A stretch of DNA of 64,000 bases from an uncultured Chloroflexia bacterium (GTDB lineage: Bacteria; Chloroflexota; Chloroflexia; Thermomicrobiales; UBA6265), in assembly GCA_963724295.1 (NCBI GenBank), contig CAVRUC010000007.1, forward strand, positions 224,001-288,000, given 5' to 3'. Below the pieces are notes generated by a model. The model made no database searches. It was not told the DNA's origin and saw only the letters and a list, made by a program, of their open reading frames with translations. Within the stretch, counting starts at the first letter, position 1, and each line of letters begins with the position of its first letter. Below are positions 42,144-51,767 of this stretch, in pieces. Position numbers and translations under genes: made by a program.

Positions 42144-43286
42144 GTGGACGTCTCCTCTCCTCAAGAGCTCCTCCAACGAACTCTGGCGCAAGTCAGCCGC
42201 GCCGTGGCGACGAAGACAACGTATCCCGTTCTGAGCAACGTTCTCATCGACGCCGACGGCGAAACGCTCAAGCTCGCGGCCACGAACCAGGAAATCGGCA
42301 TAACGTCGATGATCCCGGCGCAGGTGGATGAGCCGGGGCGGGTGACGGTGGACGCCAGGTTGCTCTCGGAGTTCGTCAACACCCTGCCCTCAGAGTCAGT
42401 TCGATTTTCCATGGAACCGGGCCGCTTGACGCTCAAGGTCAAGGGAGTCGGGGCGGATGCAGAGATTAATGGCATCGATGCCGAAGAGTTTCCGATCCTG
42501 CCGCGAGCAGAGAGCGGCGCATTCACGGCAAGCGTCGATCCCCAGGTCCTTCGCGAAATGATCTCTCAGGTCGAGTTTGCCGCTGCCACTGATGACAGTC
42601 GGCCGGTCCTGGCAGGTGTGCTTATCCGTCTCGAGGATGACCGGATTACCATGGCGGCGGCCGACGGTTTTCGCCTCGCTGTACGCGATGGTGAGCTGGC
42701 GGCGCCGGTACCCGAACGACTCGATGTCATCGTGCCGGGGCGGGCGTTGCGGGAGCTCGCTCGCATTGTCGGCGATCGGACTGAACCGATTGACCTGACG
42801 ATTACGCCAAACCGTGCCCAACTTGTCGTGCACAGTGGCGAGACCGAGTTCTATTCGCGGTTGATCGACGGTACGTTTCCCGATTTTCGCCAGATCGTCC
42901 CGCGCGAGTTCGCCACCACTCTTGAAGTGAGTCGAGACGAGTTCCTGGCCGCGGTTCGCAGGGCGGGATTCTTCGCTCGTGACAACAACGACGTGGTGCG
43001 TTTGAGCGCCAAGGCTGACCCCGACGAGCTGGCCCCAGGCACACTCGAGGTATCAGCCACGGCCGCGGAGCGAGGCAGCAGCCAGAGTCATGTACCGGCG
43101 GCGATCAACGGCCCGGAAGGCGAAATAGCCTTCAACGCTCGTTACCTGACCGATGTCCTCTCGATTCTGCGCACGGGACGGGTCATGGTCGGGATGAACG
43201 GGCCGAACCAGGCAGGCGTGGTGAAGCCGCTCGAGTCCGAGAGCTACACGTACGTCATCATGCCCATGGTCATCGGCGCTCACTGA
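42144..43286 (+). CDS. dnaN: DNA polymerase III beta sliding clamp
   Basis: YPVLSNVLI, SRPVLAGV, ADGFRLA, SRLIDGTFPDF, AFNARYL, IMPM. Confidence 0.96.
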   Translation: MDVSSPQELLQRTLAQVSRAVATKTTYPVLSNVLIDADGETLKLAATNQEIGITSMIPAQVDEPGRVTVDARLLSEFVNTLPSESVRFSMEPGRLTLKVKGVGADAEINGIDAEEFPILPRAESGAFTASVDPQVLREMISQVEFAAATDDSRPVLAGVLIRLEDDRITMAAADGFRLAVRDGELAAPVPERLDVIVPGRALRELARIVGDRTEPIDLTITPNRAQLVVHSGETEFYSRLIDGTFPDFRQIVPREFATTLEVSRDEFLAAVRRAGFFARDNNDVVRLSAKADPDELAPGTLEVSATAAERGSSQSHVPAAINGPEGEIAFNARYLTDVLSILRTGRVMVGMNGPNQAGVVKPLESESYTYVIMPMVIGAH

Positions 43287-43308
43287 CACACGTCGGGCAA
43301 CAGTGCTG

Positions 43309-44526
43309 ATGCGCCTGCATGCTCTCGAGCTGGACGAATTCCGCTCGTTCCGCAGGCTCGAACTGGCGATCGACCCGGCCGGTTTCCGCGCAATTGGTCC
43401 CAACGCCAGCGGAAAATCGACAATTCTGGAAGCGATAGCGATGCTCGCCACGACTCGGTCGCCCCGCACGGCGGCGGAGCGTGAAATTGCGCACTGGGAC
43501 AGCGGAAGTGATCTGGCGGTTCCTCCCTATGCCCGGCTACGAGGGGAGTTCGAGCGCCAGGACGGGCTCCACCAGATCGAAATCGGCATGACTCTTCGCG
43601 ACCGCGCGCAAAGCTCACTGAAGAAAATCGTTCGATTCGATGATCGGCCGGTCCGCGCGGTGGATGCCGTTGGTCAGTTCACCACCGTCCACTTTTCTCC
43701 GGAAGATGTGAATCTCGTCTCGGGCGCCCCCAGTGCGCGGCGCCGATACCTCGACGTAGCCGTAAGCCAGTCGAGTCGGTCTTACCTGCGCGCACTTTCG
43801 CGATACGGCCGGGTCCTCGAGCAGCGGAACAGCCTTTTACGTAGTCTTTCCCGCGATCGGATCACACCGCAAACTGGTCGTCCGGCGCGAGAACTCCCGT
43901 TCTGGGACGCGGAATTGACCGCGGCGGCCGCGGATCTGCTTGCGTTCCGCCTCGGCGCGATCCAGGCACTTAGCGGTCGAGCGCGGCAACATTTCGAGCA
44001 ACTAACCGGAGACGCATCACTCGCTATCACCTACGCTTCCCCTCGTATGGATCTCCCGGAGACCATCCCCGCGAACGAGGATTGGCGCTCGCCCCCGCAA
44101 TCGCTGCGCCAGACGCTCTCAGCGGCGTTTACCAGGAGCCTTGGTTCACTCGCTACGGAAGAGCTGCGGCGCGGCATCACCGTAGTGGGGCCGCATCGTG
44201 ATGACTTCTGCATTTCGGCGAACGGAGCGGATCTCGCGCGGTATGGATCGCGAGGTCAGCAACGCCTTGCCGTCGTCGCGATGAAGCTAGCGGAGCTCGA
44301 CCTTCTGGGCGACTCCCTGGGAGAGCCCCCGGTGCTCCTGCTTGACGACGTTCTTTCCGAGCTGGACATGGCTCGTCGGGAAATGATCGTCGCGGCGTTG
44401 GCCGCTCGCGACGCACAAATTTGCGTTACGGCGACTGACGAGTCTGACCTGGCGTCGTCCGAGCTCGCGCATCTCCCACTTTTGCGCACCAGCAAAGGTT
44501 CCGTCGAAATACACGATGCGAGCTGA
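43309..44526 (+). CDS. recF: DNA replication/repair protein RecF
   Basis: GPNASGKSTILEA, RRRYLD, GPHRDD, SRGQQR, LLLDDVLSELD. Confidence 0.96.
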   Translation: MRLHALELDEFRSFRRLELAIDPAGFRAIGPNASGKSTILEAIAMLATTRSPRTAAEREIAHWDSGSDLAVPPYARLRGEFERQDGLHQIEIGMTLRDRAQSSLKKIVRFDDRPVRAVDAVGQFTTVHFSPEDVNLVSGAPSARRRYLDVAVSQSSRSYLRALSRYGRVLEQRNSLLRSLSRDRITPQTGRPARELPFWDAELTAAAADLLAFRLGAIQALSGRARQHFEQLTGDASLAITYASPRMDLPETIPANEDWRSPPQSLRQTLSAAFTRSLGSLATEELRRGITVVGPHRDDFCISANGADLARYGSRGQQRLAVVAMKLAELDLLGDSLGEPPVLLLDDVLSELDMARREMIVAALAARDAQICVTATDESDLASSELAHLPLLRTSKGSVEIHDAS

Positions 44527-44587
44527 TTGAATGAGCATTCGCCCGGCACCGGGCCGACGACGGCGTCCTCCGGATCGTTCGGCTTGG

Positions 44588-45679
44588 ATGAAAGTGAACC
44601 TAACCGGTCGGTTTCGGCCGGTGCTGTGGCTGTACTTGATCCTGGGACTTGCGGCAGCGACGCTGGCTGGATGTGCTTCGACAGAGGTCCAATCCGGCAT
44701 TTTCGTCATCCGCCTGGCAGACGGAGCGCTCGACCGAATCGGCGAACCAGCGGGTATACCGGTCTGGTCTCCGACTAACGACTCGATTGCCTGGGGCAAT
44801 GAGGACGGATTATTCGTTCGGGACCTGCACGAACCTACCGCGAGGCACCTGGCGATCGGCCCGGTTGCTGGGGTGCCCGCCTGGTCCCCGGACGGCGAGC
44901 GCCTCGCTTACATTGATGCCAACCGGGCTTCGCTTGCAGTTGTCACCGCTACTTCCGGGGTGGAACAGTTCACCCAGCCATTAGATCGTCGCCGAAGTAC
45001 CAGCTCTCGATTCGCCCTGCTTACCCTCGGCGGCCCTTCGTGGGCGCCTGACGGCTCGAGCATCGCCTATGTCTGCTGGGATGGCGCCGGTGACGAGATC
45101 TGCGTCATTCAATCAGACGGCACTGGTTGGCGACAGGTGACGCGATTGAAACCTCGCGAGAGCGACAGTGGCACTGCTACTCCGCAAGCGTCACCGGCCG
45201 AATCAAACACCGGTCCTCCCGCCTGGTCGCCTCGGGGGAACCTCCTGGCGGTTGCGGTCTATCCCGAGCGGCCCGGAGCGCCGACCGGTGTCTTCCTGGT
45301 GGACCCGGAAGAAGGAATGGCGCGCCGGGTCAGCTCATTGCAGCCGAATTCCGTCATCAGCTGGTTCCCGGACGGCCGTTCGATACTCTTCTCCGCGTTC
45401 AGGCGAGGGCGAAGCGATGTCATGCGAGTCGCACTCCCGACAACGATCGTTCAGACAGTGACCGCTGGACTGCCGGAGGGATCCCGAAACCCGGCCCTTT
45501 CCCCCGACGGCTCGCGCATCGCCGTGGAAACTCGCGGCGGCATTGCGATATTGGAAGAGGACGAAGCTCTACGGGAATTCAGCGTCCGAGGCCTGCGCAG
45601 CACATATCCCGACTGGGCCACTGATGGCACGAGCATCGCGGTCTTGGCTATTACGGATCCCATCGCGATCTACAACTGA
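44588..45679 (+). CDS. TolB-like PD40/beta-propeller lipoprotein
   Basis: LAGC lipobox; repeated PAWSPDG/PSWAPDG/SWFPDG/SPDG. Confidence 0.85.
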   Translation: MKVNLTGRFRPVLWLYLILGLAAATLAGCASTEVQSGIFVIRLADGALDRIGEPAGIPVWSPTNDSIAWGNEDGLFVRDLHEPTARHLAIGPVAGVPAWSPDGERLAYIDANRASLAVVTATSGVEQFTQPLDRRRSTSSRFALLTLGGPSWAPDGSSIAYVCWDGAGDEICVIQSDGTGWRQVTRLKPRESDSGTATPQASPAESNTGPPAWSPRGNLLAVAVYPERPGAPTGVFLVDPEEGMARRVSSLQPNSVISWFPDGRSILFSAFRRGRSDVMRVALPTTIVQTVTAGLPEGSRNPALSPDGSRIAVETRGGIAILEEDEALREFSVRGLRSTYPDWATDGTSIAVLAITDPIAIYN

Positions 45680-45749
45680 ACCAGCAGCGGCCCAAGTCGG
45701 TCCCGCTCACTCGGGCATCACTGGCGCTCTCCGAAACCTGAAGTCCCTC

Positions 45750-46008
45750 GACGGGCCGCGAGAGCCGAGCAAAGTGCTCAAACGCTTCAAGGCGGCGCTA
45801 AGGCCGGCTCACCGGAGCAACGGTTCCATGATCTGCGGCATAACGAAGCGGCGTACCTGCTTGCCAGGGCGTACCAATGCGCGTCGTCATGGATATCCTT
45901 GGACGCTGGCAGATGGCGGCGACGGAAGACTTTTATAGCCACGTCATGCCGGCTGCACATCGAGACGTTGCGGGTTTGCTCGACCGCGCTATGACTTCCG
46001 CGACTTAG
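45750..46008 (+). pseudogene. Tyrosine integrase C-terminal remnant (frameshifted, truncated)
   Basis: Manual translation across shifts: EPSKVLKRFKAAL / RFHDLRH..AYLLA / GVPMRVVMDILGRWQMAATEDFYSHVMP. Confidence 0.85.
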
Positions 46009-46123
46009 CATCCAGGCAGGAAGTCGAAAATGCCACGTGCTGACATCCCGTTCCACTCCGCGAAGATTCGACGGAACGGACCTGAGCCCCGTTGCGGAAT
46101 CGGTTGGGGTAATTTGTAAAAGA

Positions 46124-46151
46124 AGGAACCGGGGCAAGAGCCCCGGTTCCT
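46124..46151 (-). terminator. Intrinsic terminator downstream of tRNA-Gln
   Basis: AGGAACCGGGGC-4nt-GCCCCGGTTCCT followed by TCTTTT on the minus strand. Confidence 0.8.
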
Positions 46152-46183
46152 CAATTTCGGCTCAGTTGCGGGATTTTCTCCGG

Positions 46184-46254
46184 CTGGGGAGCAGGGATTC
46201 GAACCCCAACTACCTGATCCAGAGTCAGGCGTCCTACCGTTAGACGACTCCCCA
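46184..46254 (-). tRNA. tRNA-Gln(CTG), CCA not encoded
   Basis: TGGGGAG/CTCCCCA acceptor, loop CTCTGGA, GGTTCGAATCC; followed by CCG. Confidence 0.95.
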
Positions 46255-46307
46255 AAGCGCGTCGCCGAGTTTAGCATGAGCCAAAAGAGCTGTTCAACGC
46301 TGACTGC

Positions 46308-47219
46308 TCATCGGCTCCGGGCATTGCCCCGTTCGACTTCCGGGAGCTGCGCGTAGGCCGCCGTCACGGTGTTGCGGGCAAGTGCCATGGTTGTGACCGG
46401 AGTCGTCCCGCCGGGCACCGGGGTGAACGCTCCGGCCACGCGCTCGACTGACTCCCCGTCGGCGTCACCAATTATTCGCCCCGATGCCACGTTGACCCCG
46501 AAGTCAATCACGGTCGCGCCCGGTTTAATCATCCCGCCGGTAAGTAACCCTGGGTGCCCGGCAGCCAAGACGACGATGTCCGCCGTCCTGGTCTCGTCTT
46601 CGAGCGGCACTGATCGGCTATGGCAGAGCGTCACGGTCGCATCCCGCGCCGTCAGCAGCGCGGCCATCGGCTTACCGACCACGTTACCGCGCCCGACTAC
46701 GACCGCGCGCGAGCCGGCGACCGGGATCTGGTAGTGGTCGAGGATTTCTAACCCGGCCAATGGAGTGCTCGGGTAGAGCGTCGGCAGCCCAAGATGGAGC
46801 CGCCCTACGCTGGTTGGCGAGATACCGTCGACATCCTTTGCCGGAGCGATCGCCGAGACGACATCGAGCACATGAACGTGCGGAGGCAAAGGGAGTAACA
46901 CGATCAAGCCGTGGACGTCGCCGCGTTCATTGAGCTGTTCGACTGCGTCGACAATCCGGGCGGTCGTAGCCGCCACCGGCAGCAGAACGTCGACATGAGT
47001 TATGCCGCAAGTCCCCATTGCCTGCGCGATCGCGTCGCGATAGGCGGAGGACGGCGGCGCGCTTCCAGCGAGCACGGTTGCCAGCGTAGGAGAGCTGCCG
47101 GTCTCGTCGATGAAAGACCGCGCCGCGGTCTCGACTTCCAACCGGACTCGCCGCGCCACCGGTGCACCGCGCAGGATCTTGGCAGATGTCAGAGCGATCC
47201 CCTTTGCCCGGTTAGACAC
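46308..47219 (-). CDS. folD: FolD-family methylene-THF dehydrogenase (cyclohydrolase residues altered)
   Basis: KDVDG, VVGRGNVVGKP, ATVTLCHS, VIDFG, TPVPGG. Confidence 0.88.
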   Translation of the reverse strand: MSNRAKGIALTSAKILRGAPVARRVRLEVETAARSFIDETGSSPTLATVLAGSAPPSSAYRDAIAQAMGTCGITHVDVLLPVAATTARIVDAVEQLNERGDVHGLIVLLPLPPHVHVLDVVSAIAPAKDVDGISPTSVGRLHLGLPTLYPSTPLAGLEILDHYQIPVAGSRAVVVGRGNVVGKPMAALLTARDATVTLCHSRSVPLEDETRTADIVVLAAGHPGLLTGGMIKPGATVIDFGVNVASGRIIGDADGESVERVAGAFTPVPGGTTPVTTMALARNTVTAAYAQLPEVERGNARSR

Positions 47220-47284
47220 CGCGGCGGAAGCAATTGTGTCTGAAAAGGCAACTCTGTGACGAGCTAGCGGACAGCCGGAACTCG

Positions 47285-47436
47285 TTCGTCATGGACTGGT
47301 GGTTTTGCGTGCGCGCGACTGTCGCCATCCGCAGCCACCCGATTCCTTCGAATCGCTCAACTACGACCTCATGGCTCATGCCGAACGCTGAACACGCGGC
47401 GTAGGGGCGGCCGATCACCAGTCATAACGACAGTCG
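47285..47436 (-). ncRNA. Rod-shaped structured RNA candidate (6S RNA-like)
   Basis: 5' UCGUUAUGACUGGUG pairs with 3' CACCAGUCCAUGACGA; apical irregular hairpin capped by CGAUUC-GAAG-GAAUCG; G-U pairs work only on the minus strand; GATAAT -10 at 47448-47443. Confidence 0.55.
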
Positions 47437-47551
47437 ACAAACATTATCTGCCAGTGCCAGTGTCGCCTACGGTGCTCATGCCACCGTGCTGTCGTTAGCG
47501 CGGCCGTGCATTGGCAGTACCTGTCCGACCACGTCACGAGTGGAAGCATAG

Positions 47552-47609
47552 TTGACCGTGCGACAATCTCGTGCTACTATGCAGTCAACGAGTTGCCCGC
47601 ACGTTGACT
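47552..47609 (+). promoter_or_regulatory. Promoter TTGACC-N17-TACTAT with downstream inverted repeat
   Basis: -35 at 47552-47557, TGn-extended -10 at 47575-47580; AGTCAACG-N11-CGTTGACT at 47583-47609. Confidence 0.7.
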
Positions 47610-47664
47610 CGTAGACAACAGGCCGGGCGGAACCCCTCCGACTCAGGCAGAGGTGCGAGCGACA

Positions 47665-48081
47665 ATGGGACACGTTGGTGCTGATTTCGGTGGTTTGCTA
47701 AAGGCAATGCGAGAAGCCCGGCGCATCTCGCAGAGCAAGCTTGCGGAGCGGGCGGACTTCGACCACAGCTACGTCAGCCGTCTCGAGAGCGGCGCGAGGA
47801 TGCCGACGCGCGACGCCGTCGAGCGCCTGGCATCGGCGCTCACGCTGGCCCAATCTGAAGAAGATGGGCTCCTTGCGGCGGCCGGGTTCCTTCCCCGCGA
47901 TGTTTCGAGTCTGCTCTCCGACGAGCCCGTGCTCGGCGAGGTGCTGGATCTGCTCCAGAACGACTCAGTCCCGGCAGAGTACCGGGACAACATCCGCCAG
48001 GTGCTGCGACTCTTGACCGAGCAGGCACGGTTCGCCGTCAGACCGCTAGCTCAGAACGGGCTGAGTGGAGTTGCGGCCTGA
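47665..48081 (+). CDS. XRE-family HTH transcriptional regulator
   Basis: FGGLLKAMREARRISQSKLAERA..DHSYVSRLESGARMP. Confidence 0.92.
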   Translation: MGHVGADFGGLLKAMREARRISQSKLAERADFDHSYVSRLESGARMPTRDAVERLASALTLAQSEEDGLLAAAGFLPRDVSSLLSDEPVLGEVLDLLQNDSVPAEYRDNIRQVLRLLTEQARFAVRPLAQNGLSGVAA

Positions 48082-48105
48082 CGTTTCGCCGTTGTCGCAG
48101 CGGGG

Positions 48106-48136
48106 CCGCGGGCGCTAGCGCCCGCGGTTTGCTTTT
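48106..48136 (+). terminator. Intrinsic terminator after the XRE gene
   Basis: CCGCGGGCGC/GCGCCCGCGG stem then TTTGCTTTT. Confidence 0.75.
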
Positions 48137-48282
48137 CTGGGAACCGGGACCTGCGAAGTCAAGAAAAAGCTCTACTGCCGGAGCCGGACTCGGCTAGCAT
48201 TCCAGGCGCCCGCTACGCGCCCTCGCGTTCCCCGCTTGGTCTCGTGCTCTCTCGGTGAGAGCCGATTTGTGCGGAGGCTGAG

Positions 48283-51200
48283 TTGGCGGAGTTTGCCCAC
48301 CTTCACTTACACACCGAGTACTCACTGCTCGACGGGATGGGTCGTACCGCGGAGTACGCCGCGCGCGCCAGGGATCTGGGTATCCACCACATCGCGGTCA
48401 CGGACCACGGAGTCATGTACGGCGCGATGGAGTGGTACCGGACGGCAACGAATGCCGGGCTGCACCCGATCATCGGTGTTGAGGCTTATCTGGCCGAGGG
48501 CAGCGCGCGGGCAAAGGAGCGCAAGTCGTACCATTTGTTGCTCCTCGCCGAGAACGAAACCGGCTATCGCAACCTTCTGAAGCTCTCCACGTTGGCCCAG
48601 CTCGAGGGCTACTACTACCGACCGCGGATCGACATGGAGATGCTTTCCGAGCACGCGACGGGGCTGATCGCCACGTCCGCCTGTCTGGGCGGTCCGGTGG
48701 CCAACAATTTTCTCCATGACAGACCTGACGCCGCGCGCGACTATGCCGGCAAACTCGCAGAGATCTTCGGCCCTGATCGGTTCTTCATTGAACTTCAGGA
48801 CCATGGGTTGGCGGACCAGGTTCGAGTGAACGGGGACCTGATTCCGCTCGCCAGGTCGCTCGGCCTGCCGATTGTCGCCACGAATGACGTGCATTACTGC
48901 CAGCAAGAAGACGCTCCGGCTCAGGATATTCTGGTCTGTATCCAGACAAACACGACGCTCAACGATCCCAAGCGACTGAAGTCTGAGAGTGATCAGCTCT
49001 TCCTTAAGAGTCCCGAAGCGATGGCTCGAGTATTCCGAGATGTTCCGGAGGCGGTATCGAATACGATCAAGATCGCCGAGATGTGTTCGCTCGACCTCGA
49101 GTTTCGTGGCTACCATCTTCCCGAGTTTCCCGTTCCCCCAGGGTTTACTCCGGATACATACCTGGAATCGCTGTGCCGGGAAGGCGTCCAGCACCGATAC
49201 GGGCATGTTTCCGGTGAAGTGGCTGCTCGCCTCGCCTACGAGCTCGACGTCATTAAAGGGATGGGTTTCGCGAATTACTTCCTGGTCGTGTGGGACTTCA
49301 TCCGATTCGCCAAGGAGAAGGGGATCCTGGTGGGTCCTGGGCGGGGTTCGGCTGCGGGTAGCATCGTGACGTACTCGTTGGGGATCACTGCGCTCGACCC
49401 ACTCGCCTACGACCTCATTTTCGAACGATTTCTCAACCCCTCGCGGATCTCGATGCCCGACATCGACATCGACTTCGCTGATGACCGCCGTAACGAGGTC
49501 ATCGACTACGTCGTGTCCAAATACGGCGACGACCGAGTAGCTCAGATCGTGACCTTCGGCACGCTGGCCGCCAAAGCGGCAGTGCGCGATGTCGGGCGGG
49601 CGATGGGACGCTCCTTTTCCGAGACCGACCGCGTTGCCAAGCTGATCCCGGTGGGACCGGGCATCACGATCAACGGAGCGCTGACGAAGGTTCCGGAGCT
49701 CCGGACGATTTATGAGGGCGAGGACGCGGTTCGCGAACTGATCGACGCGGCGCGCAAAGTCGAAGGAATTTCTCGTCACGCATCGACGCACGCTGCCGGG
49801 GTTGTCATCTCGCGGGACCCGCTCGTGCAGCACGTGCCATTGCAGCGAGCGGGAGGTAAGAGCGAAGGCGATATCACGACCCAGTTTCCGATGGCGCAAC
49901 TCGAAGAGCTCGGACTGTTGAAGATGGACTTTCTCGGGTTGCGTACCCTGACGGTGCTCGGCAAGGCAGTCAAACTTCTCCAGGACGCTGGTCACGACAT
50001 ATCCCTTGAGACCATCCCGCTCGAGGATGCCAAAGCGTTCGAACTGTTGCGCCGCGGCGAAACGACCGGCGTTTTTCAGCTGGAGGGCAGCACCACGTCG
50101 CGCATGACGGTGGAAGTGGCACCGGGCCGATTCGACGACCTGACTGCGCTGATGGCGCTAATCCGGCCTGGGCCAATGGCGATGGCTCCGGAGTATATCT
50201 CGCGAAAGCACGGTCGGACATCAATTGAGTACGTTCATCCAGACGTCGAGCCGATTCTGCGCGAAACCTACGGAGTCGCGCTCTATCAGGAGCAAGTCAT
50301 CCGGATCGCGAACGTTCTCGCCGGGTTTTCGATGTCGGAGGGCGATGGGCTGCGCAAGGCAATGGGCAAGAAGTTGCCCGAGCAGATGAAGAAATACCAG
50401 GACCGATTTGTTTCGGGGTGCGGCGAACGCGGGATCGAGAAGCGGTTGGCGTCGGACATCTTTGCGATGATCGAGCGATTCGCCGGTTATGGTTTTCCCA
50501 AAGCGCACAGCGCCGCCTACGCGGTCATCGCCGCGCAAACTGCGTATCTGAAAGCGAACTATCCAGTCGAGTTCATGGCGGCGTTGCTTTCGTCCGAGCT
50601 TGGTAATACCGATCGCATTGTTTCCCTCATGGCGGAATGCAGACGCGCCGGAATCGCGGTCTTGGCGCCGAACATCAACCGCAGCACAGTCGAGTTCGGC
50701 GTCGAACGCACCGAGGACGGGTCGAGCGCCGTCCGGTTTGGTCTGGCTGCTGTGAAAAACGTCGGTGTTTCCGCGGTCCGGGCCATCATCGAAAGCCGCA
50801 ATGCGGAACCGTCCGGCGGATTTCCGTCCCTGAGCGCAGTCTGCGACGCGATCGACTGGTCGGGCGTCAGTCGCCGAGCGCTCGAGGCCCTGGCAAAGGC
50901 CGGTGCTCTTGACGAGCTCGGTGACAGGGGAGGGATTCTCGCGACGTTGGACGCGGCGATCGCCGCCGCGCAGAAGCGGCAGCGAGCCACTGCCAGAGGT
51001 CAGATGGATTTGTTCGGCGGCGCTGACGAAGCGCGGGCAGACCCGCCGGTTCAATCGGCAGCCGTGGCACCCCGCGAGATCCTTGAATGGGAAAAGGAAC
51101 TGCTCGGCACCTACATGAGCGACCATCCTCTCTCGGAGATTCTAGCCTCGGCCCTGCGGTCCGAGGCTGGCCGCAACCTGTGTGAAATCGCCCAGCTGGA

Positions 51201-51756
51201 GGCGAAAGCCCTCGGGTCGACCGTGCGCATGCTGGCCATGGTGGCCAGTATTCGCCGCATCGTCACAAAAACGGATCGCTCGATGGCGGTCGCGGTCCTG
51301 GAGGACCTCACCGGCAGAGTCGACCTGGTGCTGTTCCCGGAGGCGTTTGAGCGTTCCAGTGAGCTGCTTCGCGAGGGGGTCATCCTCGACGTGCGGGGGC
51401 GACTCGAGCGACGAGGCGAGGCACTGCAAATCGTCTGCGAGTCGCTCTCCGCGGAACTTCCAACAGCGAGCCCGGATGTGTATGAACCGGAGACGATAAT
51501 CATCCGCTTCCGTGCCGGCGCCGATTCATGGGCCGAGATCAAGGCGATGCAGGAGGTCGACGCGATTTTGAAGCGTCACGAGGGGGAGTGTCCAGTCGTA
51601 ATCGAAGTCGCCGCGCAGCCGGACCTCACATGCCGAATGCTCAGCAGGACGCGCCGCTGCGAATGGTCGCCTTCGCTCGAACACGAGCTGCAGATGGTGA
51701 TCGGCGTGGACGTCGCGGAACTTATCCCGGCCGTCCCTGCCAGGCTCGCCTCATAG
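48283..51756 (+). CDS. dnaE: DNA polymerase III alpha subunit (replicative)
   Basis: FAHLHLHTEYSLLDG, GRGSAAGS, PDIDIDF, KMDFLGL, internal clamp motif QMDLF, EKELLG. Confidence 0.97.
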   Translation: MAEFAHLHLHTEYSLLDGMGRTAEYAARARDLGIHHIAVTDHGVMYGAMEWYRTATNAGLHPIIGVEAYLAEGSARAKERKSYHLLLLAENETGYRNLLKLSTLAQLEGYYYRPRIDMEMLSEHATGLIATSACLGGPVANNFLHDRPDAARDYAGKLAEIFGPDRFFIELQDHGLADQVRVNGDLIPLARSLGLPIVATNDVHYCQQEDAPAQDILVCIQTNTTLNDPKRLKSESDQLFLKSPEAMARVFRDVPEAVSNTIKIAEMCSLDLEFRGYHLPEFPVPPGFTPDTYLESLCREGVQHRYGHVSGEVAARLAYELDVIKGMGFANYFLVVWDFIRFAKEKGILVGPGRGSAAGSIVTYSLGITALDPLAYDLIFERFLNPSRISMPDIDIDFADDRRNEVIDYVVSKYGDDRVAQIVTFGTLAAKAAVRDVGRAMGRSFSETDRVAKLIPVGPGITINGALTKVPELRTIYEGEDAVRELIDAARKVEGISRHASTHAAGVVISRDPLVQHVPLQRAGGKSEGDITTQFPMAQLEELGLLKMDFLGLRTLTVLGKAVKLLQDAGHDISLETIPLEDAKAFELLRRGETTGVFQLEGSTTSRMTVEVAPGRFDDLTALMALIRPGPMAMAPEYISRKHGRTSIEYVHPDVEPILRETYGVALYQEQVIRIANVLAGFSMSEGDGLRKAMGKKLPEQMKKYQDRFVSGCGERGIEKRLASDIFAMIERFAGYGFPKAHSAAYAVIAAQTAYLKANYPVEFMAALLSSELGNTDRIVSLMAECRRAGIAVLAPNINRSTVEFGVERTEDGSSAVRFGLAAVKNVGVSAVRAIIESRNAEPSGGFPSLSAVCDAIDWSGVSRRALEALAKAGALDELGDRGGILATLDAAIAAAQKRQRATARGQMDLFGGADEARADPPVQSAAVAPREILEWEKELLGTYMSDHPLSEILASALRSEAGRNLCEIAQLEAKALGSTVRMLAMVASIRRIVTKTDRSMAVAVLEDLTGRVDLVLFPEAFERSSELLREGVILDVRGRLERRGEALQIVCESLSAELPTASPDVYEPETIIIRFRAGADSWAEIKAMQEVDAILKRHEGECPVVIEVAAQPDLTCRMLSRTRRCEWSPSLEHELQMVIGVDVAELIPAVPARLAS

Positions 51757-51767
51757 TAATTCAGTGC

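Noticed and set aside
48322..51126. Long - strand ORFs 48322..49995 and 50221..51126
   Set aside because: Antisense shadows of dnaE
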